A DNA stretch of 64,000 nucleotides from Harriotta raleighana (Eukaryota). The position numbers were made by a program, and so were the translations under genes. Positions 60,494-64,000 of the stretch are shown in pieces; the first letter of the stretch is position 1; each line of letters starts with the position of its first letter. The notes under the pieces are model-generated. The model did no database searches. It was not told the origin of the DNA and worked only from the letters and a program-made list of their open reading frames with translations. The stretch covers positions 1,801,053 to 1,865,052 of the forward strand of contig JBNZDD010013599.1 of assembly GCA_050575255.1 (NCBI GenBank), in the 5' to 3' direction.

Positions 60494-62704
60494 TCATCCA
60501 CATATCAGTCAATGTAATTGCCCTCCGCTTCTTTGGACTGGGGGAGTAAAATTCAGGCTGGCTTTCGCACTCTTGATCTCTATCTTATGACTCTCGCGCT
60601 TTGCAAAGTGCGCATGTTTATCCACCAAATGACAACAAGATGGAGTTTAGCTGTAATGTACTCAACCAGTCACACAATCCTGTTTGTGTACACGTGAATA
60701 ATGGACCACTGGTTGAGGTACTGAAGTGGAAGACATATGATATATCCCATCAAGTCCCACCACTATTAGAAAAGGGAAGAAAACGAGAGGATTTTTTTTT
60801 TTTCTTATGTGTCCATAAGGATTAAATATTTAAAATATGTATTTAAATCAATCATAAAGATGTCGGGGTTTTGTAACCAAACCCATGGTAATTGTCTTTT
60901 TGAGTGATTCCCATCCACAGTTCGATGTGTTGTTCATCTCCATCGCTACAGGAGCTCACAAGTATTTTTATTAAAACTATCACTTTGTAATGAAGCGTGC
61001 GGAATAAATGTCATACGTATAACGTATCAGTGTATAACACAAGTTATACGTGTGCTTAGATTTTTCCCTAGACCGGGCAACCCACCAGGGGGATGAGGCT
61101 GACAGTTGAGACTTTGTTTGTCTCTGTCTTGTTGCAGTCTATCTCCAGCTATCTGATCCGGAGAGGCGCATACATGTATTAAGACACTGTAAAGGCAATC
61201 TATAATTATAGATTACTGGAGGCTGCAGTGAGGGAGATGGGAGAAAAGCTCGAAATTAAAAAAAAAAGCTAGTATTCCTATTCTTGGTCACGATTACTGA
61301 AGGTTTTCATTAATAATAATCCTTACACATTAATAATAATGGCCATCGTGAGAAATATTTATGAGCGGAATAATGTCTTTCAAAATTGTTAAGTCAGGAC
61401 GCAGATAACTGTTTAATTTACAATTATTAGATCACATCATAAAAATAATAACTAATGAATATTGTGGAATTTTCAAATCCACTCACGGTAAATAATTTAC
61501 CAGAGCAGTTCTGAACTGTTGGGGTTTCATGGACATGTATAAATCTACACTCAGAAATGTCTTGTTACAAAAAGCCCTAAAGATTAAATGTTCCGAACTT
61601 GGATAGGATTGTCACAAACAGTAAATACAATGTTAAGTTACTTTTCGATCTTGAGAGCTGTCGAAAATCTGGTTTGAAATGCTTGGTTCCGAAAGCAAAT
61701 ATGAAAAACTGATTAATGTTGATGTTGCATAGATTGGATTTTTGGTGGTTTTGAAACGCAGACTATTTAGGATAAGTGCCAAACTGGAATCATGCCAGTC
61801 TATAATGAAGCCTGTCTCCACTGGTTTAACTCTCATTTTGTGTCTCTCTCCCTCTCATAAAAAAAACTAATGATCCTTTAATGAAAAACATTCTTGTCCT
61901 TTGCTCTTTATTTGGTCTCACCTTTCTCTTTATATCAATCCATTTTCTCTCTTTTTGAATGTTTGAGTATCTCACCTCATTTCACCGCTTCCATTTCAGT
62001 TCATATGTCTCTCTCATCATTTATGTTTCCTCGTGATTTCATTCTCATCTGATTTCCTTTACTCTCTCTACCTTTCAGATTCCCTCTCAGGCTCACATAT
62101 CAGACAATCTCCATTTCTCAAGTTTTTTTTTAACATAACAACTACATAATAACTACCCCATTTTTTAGACTCTGGGAATTTATTCTTTCCTGAAAATCTC
62201 CCGATTTCCATTTACCATATTCCAGCTCTTATTTTCTGTATCATCTGCCTTTGCTCGTGTATTCTCCATGGCTCTGTTCTCCGCCTTCTGGCTCCAATCC
62301 CTAATATCTATTGGCTTTGAGTAAATGCATGAATACACAGAGAATGCAACTGCTAGAATTCTGTCACATCAAAACAGCCCTACATTAAAGCAAGAAATAT
62401 TTGAAAACTTAAACTTTATTACTCAAACTCTCTTGAAAACAACTGTGAAGTGGGAGAATCTCTCAAATGATTACCTTATATTAACCTACATCAGGTAAGC
62501 TTCAAAGCAAATTATTTCTTTCGCTACACACAAGTTGTTTCGAACTACAGTGTATCAAGATCACTGATAATTCAGAGGAAAGCTTAACAGTAAATCCATT
62601 CCCTTTAACTAAAAAGGACACTGGATCATTTTGAGAGGCATTGCACTGCCTTGCTCACCTTTTCTCTTACTAATTTTGTCTTACAAATATAATAACTTGG
62701 TCGT

Positions 62705-62822
62705 ACATATACAGTCAATTCACTTCACAGTACAGTAATATGCTGTGAAGGACTTTGAGACATGGTGAAGGTGCGATGAGGTGCGATATCAAATGCAAGC
62801 ATTCTTCTTCTTCTTCTTATCA
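62705..62822 (+). mobile_element. SINE 3' fragment with (TTC)n tail
   Basis: atatacagtcaattcacttcacagta..ctgtgaaggactttgagac..tatcaaatgcaagc. Confidence 0.8.
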
Positions 62823-62839
62823 TCACGTCAGTCAAGATC

Positions 62840-62900
62840 TTTCAAAGCACTTTGGGGGAATTACTGTAAAGTGTAGCATTTGTATGTGCAGGCAAACTTT
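62840..62900 (-). mobile_element. SINE fragment, degenerate
   Basis: tcaaagcacttt..tactgtaaagtgtag..ggcaaac. Confidence 0.4.
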
Positions 62901-64000
62901 TTCCCCTAGGTTTGACAGCACTGTGAAATCGACCTCTCGACACAGTACTGTACATTTGAGAGCTTGAGTGTAACAACGAGCACTTGACTACTGACAGTAG
63001 ACTGAACGAACAATGTGCACTCCCTTGCATTGCTACAAAACATCCGGTATAAAACTGACCAGCCTTTCCTTCCCCTATTGTTTTTCTGCCCCTAAAAATA
63101 GATGCGAACGCATTGCATCCGAAAAGGTGCGGGCGGGTGGGAGAGGGGTGGAGGGGGGGGGGGAGGGTTTGGTGGGGCTGGAGTGGGGGGGGGGAGAGAA
63201 GAAGAATGATTTATGGGCGATCTATTCCTAGGCACAGGACAACAATAAAAAAAATTCTGTCAGAATCTAAAACAGTAAACAACACTTTCCTCTATCGATT
63301 GTAGAAATCATACCAGCACTTTTGATCCGCAGAAATAAGAGTAAAAGTGCAGGGTTGAACACATACGTCCCGCAATTGTCTTAACAGTAATGTCAGGATT
63401 ATCCTCCTTAATTTGCCAGATAAAACAGTACAAATTCCACTGAGGTATGCACCTATCAAGTTGAAGGAAAAGGTCAGCTAGAAAACAGGACTGAAGTAAA
63501 ACACTACAGGTCATATGGTTTGGAGACTTTGATACAAATAAAAGCTCCTGGTTTGGGTTCAGTGGCGCTCGTTTAATTGGCGGACTGCGTCCCGCAAAGC
63601 AGCAACTGTTTTAGTGTTTCTCTATGTAGGCAGCAGGCTGTCAGGTTTCACTTAATATGCTGTTTACCTCAGAAAGCCTGTTCAGATGGATACAACAGTT
63701 GAAACAGATCTGGAGTTATTGTTCTAAATCTTGCTCACTTGACAGAAATGTGTATTTCTTGACATATTATCTGCATCTTACTCCTGGGCAAACTCCCGAC
63801 AAAGGATTTCGGAGAAGGCAGAATAATTTAATGTCTGAGAAGAGTGGGGGGGGGAGGGGGGTGGGCTCCTATCTGATCTGGCACAAATCCCAGTACATTA
63901 GTAGATCTGCCTCACTGCTGATATTAGTAGGTGGTCTTGTTCCCATCCGAACAATGTTGTTATTCCTTCTGTCACGCAGCAATAGGATTTGAGTTTTTTT

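Noticed and set aside
61082-61095. CTCF-like ccaccagggggatg
   Set aside because: Lacks the conserved C following the G run; single motif with no other support
135-63870. Many G-run tracts (G-quadruplex-like) and possible strand bias
   Set aside because: C-run tracts also occur on the + strand, homopolymer lengths are unreliable in this assembly, and no pattern beyond generic low complexity is evident
1-64000. Known miRNA, snRNA, rRNA, CRISPR or prokaryote-type systems
   Set aside because: No mature miRNA or structural RNA sequence that I recognise, and the sequence is clearly eukaryotic non-coding DNA; an Rfam/MirGeneDB scan is needed to exclude these formally

Overview
AT-rich, repeat-rich vertebrate non-coding DNA. 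The repeat content points to a cartilaginous fish, probably a holocephalan (chimaera); this is inferred from recalled repeat consensus motifs, not from a search. I could not support any cellular protein-coding gene. The only recognisable protein remnants are non-LTR retrotransposon ORF2 fragments: L2-type at about 5165-6180 and 54845-55168, and CR1-type at about 32520-32770 and 40060-40320. The window holds about 30 full or partial copies of a tRNA-headed, Deu-domain-like SINE family (young short form, one long form, older degenerate forms) and isolated tails. These share the L2 3' end (cgc[t/c]ttgggacgtcc...gtgaaaggcgctatataaat). Also present are CR1 3' ends, a few palindromic MITE-like relics, microsatellites, G/C tracts and many repeat-free blocks rich in developmental TF motifs that resemble conserved non-coding elements (CNEs). 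The overall picture is a gene desert or giant intron. Many apparent 50-150 bp tandem duplications flank single Ns and look like assembly artefacts. I found no convincing new multi-gene system. The best leads are L2-tail/Deu-domain hybrid elements, a fully palindromic MITE, candidate microexons and the CNE-like blocks.
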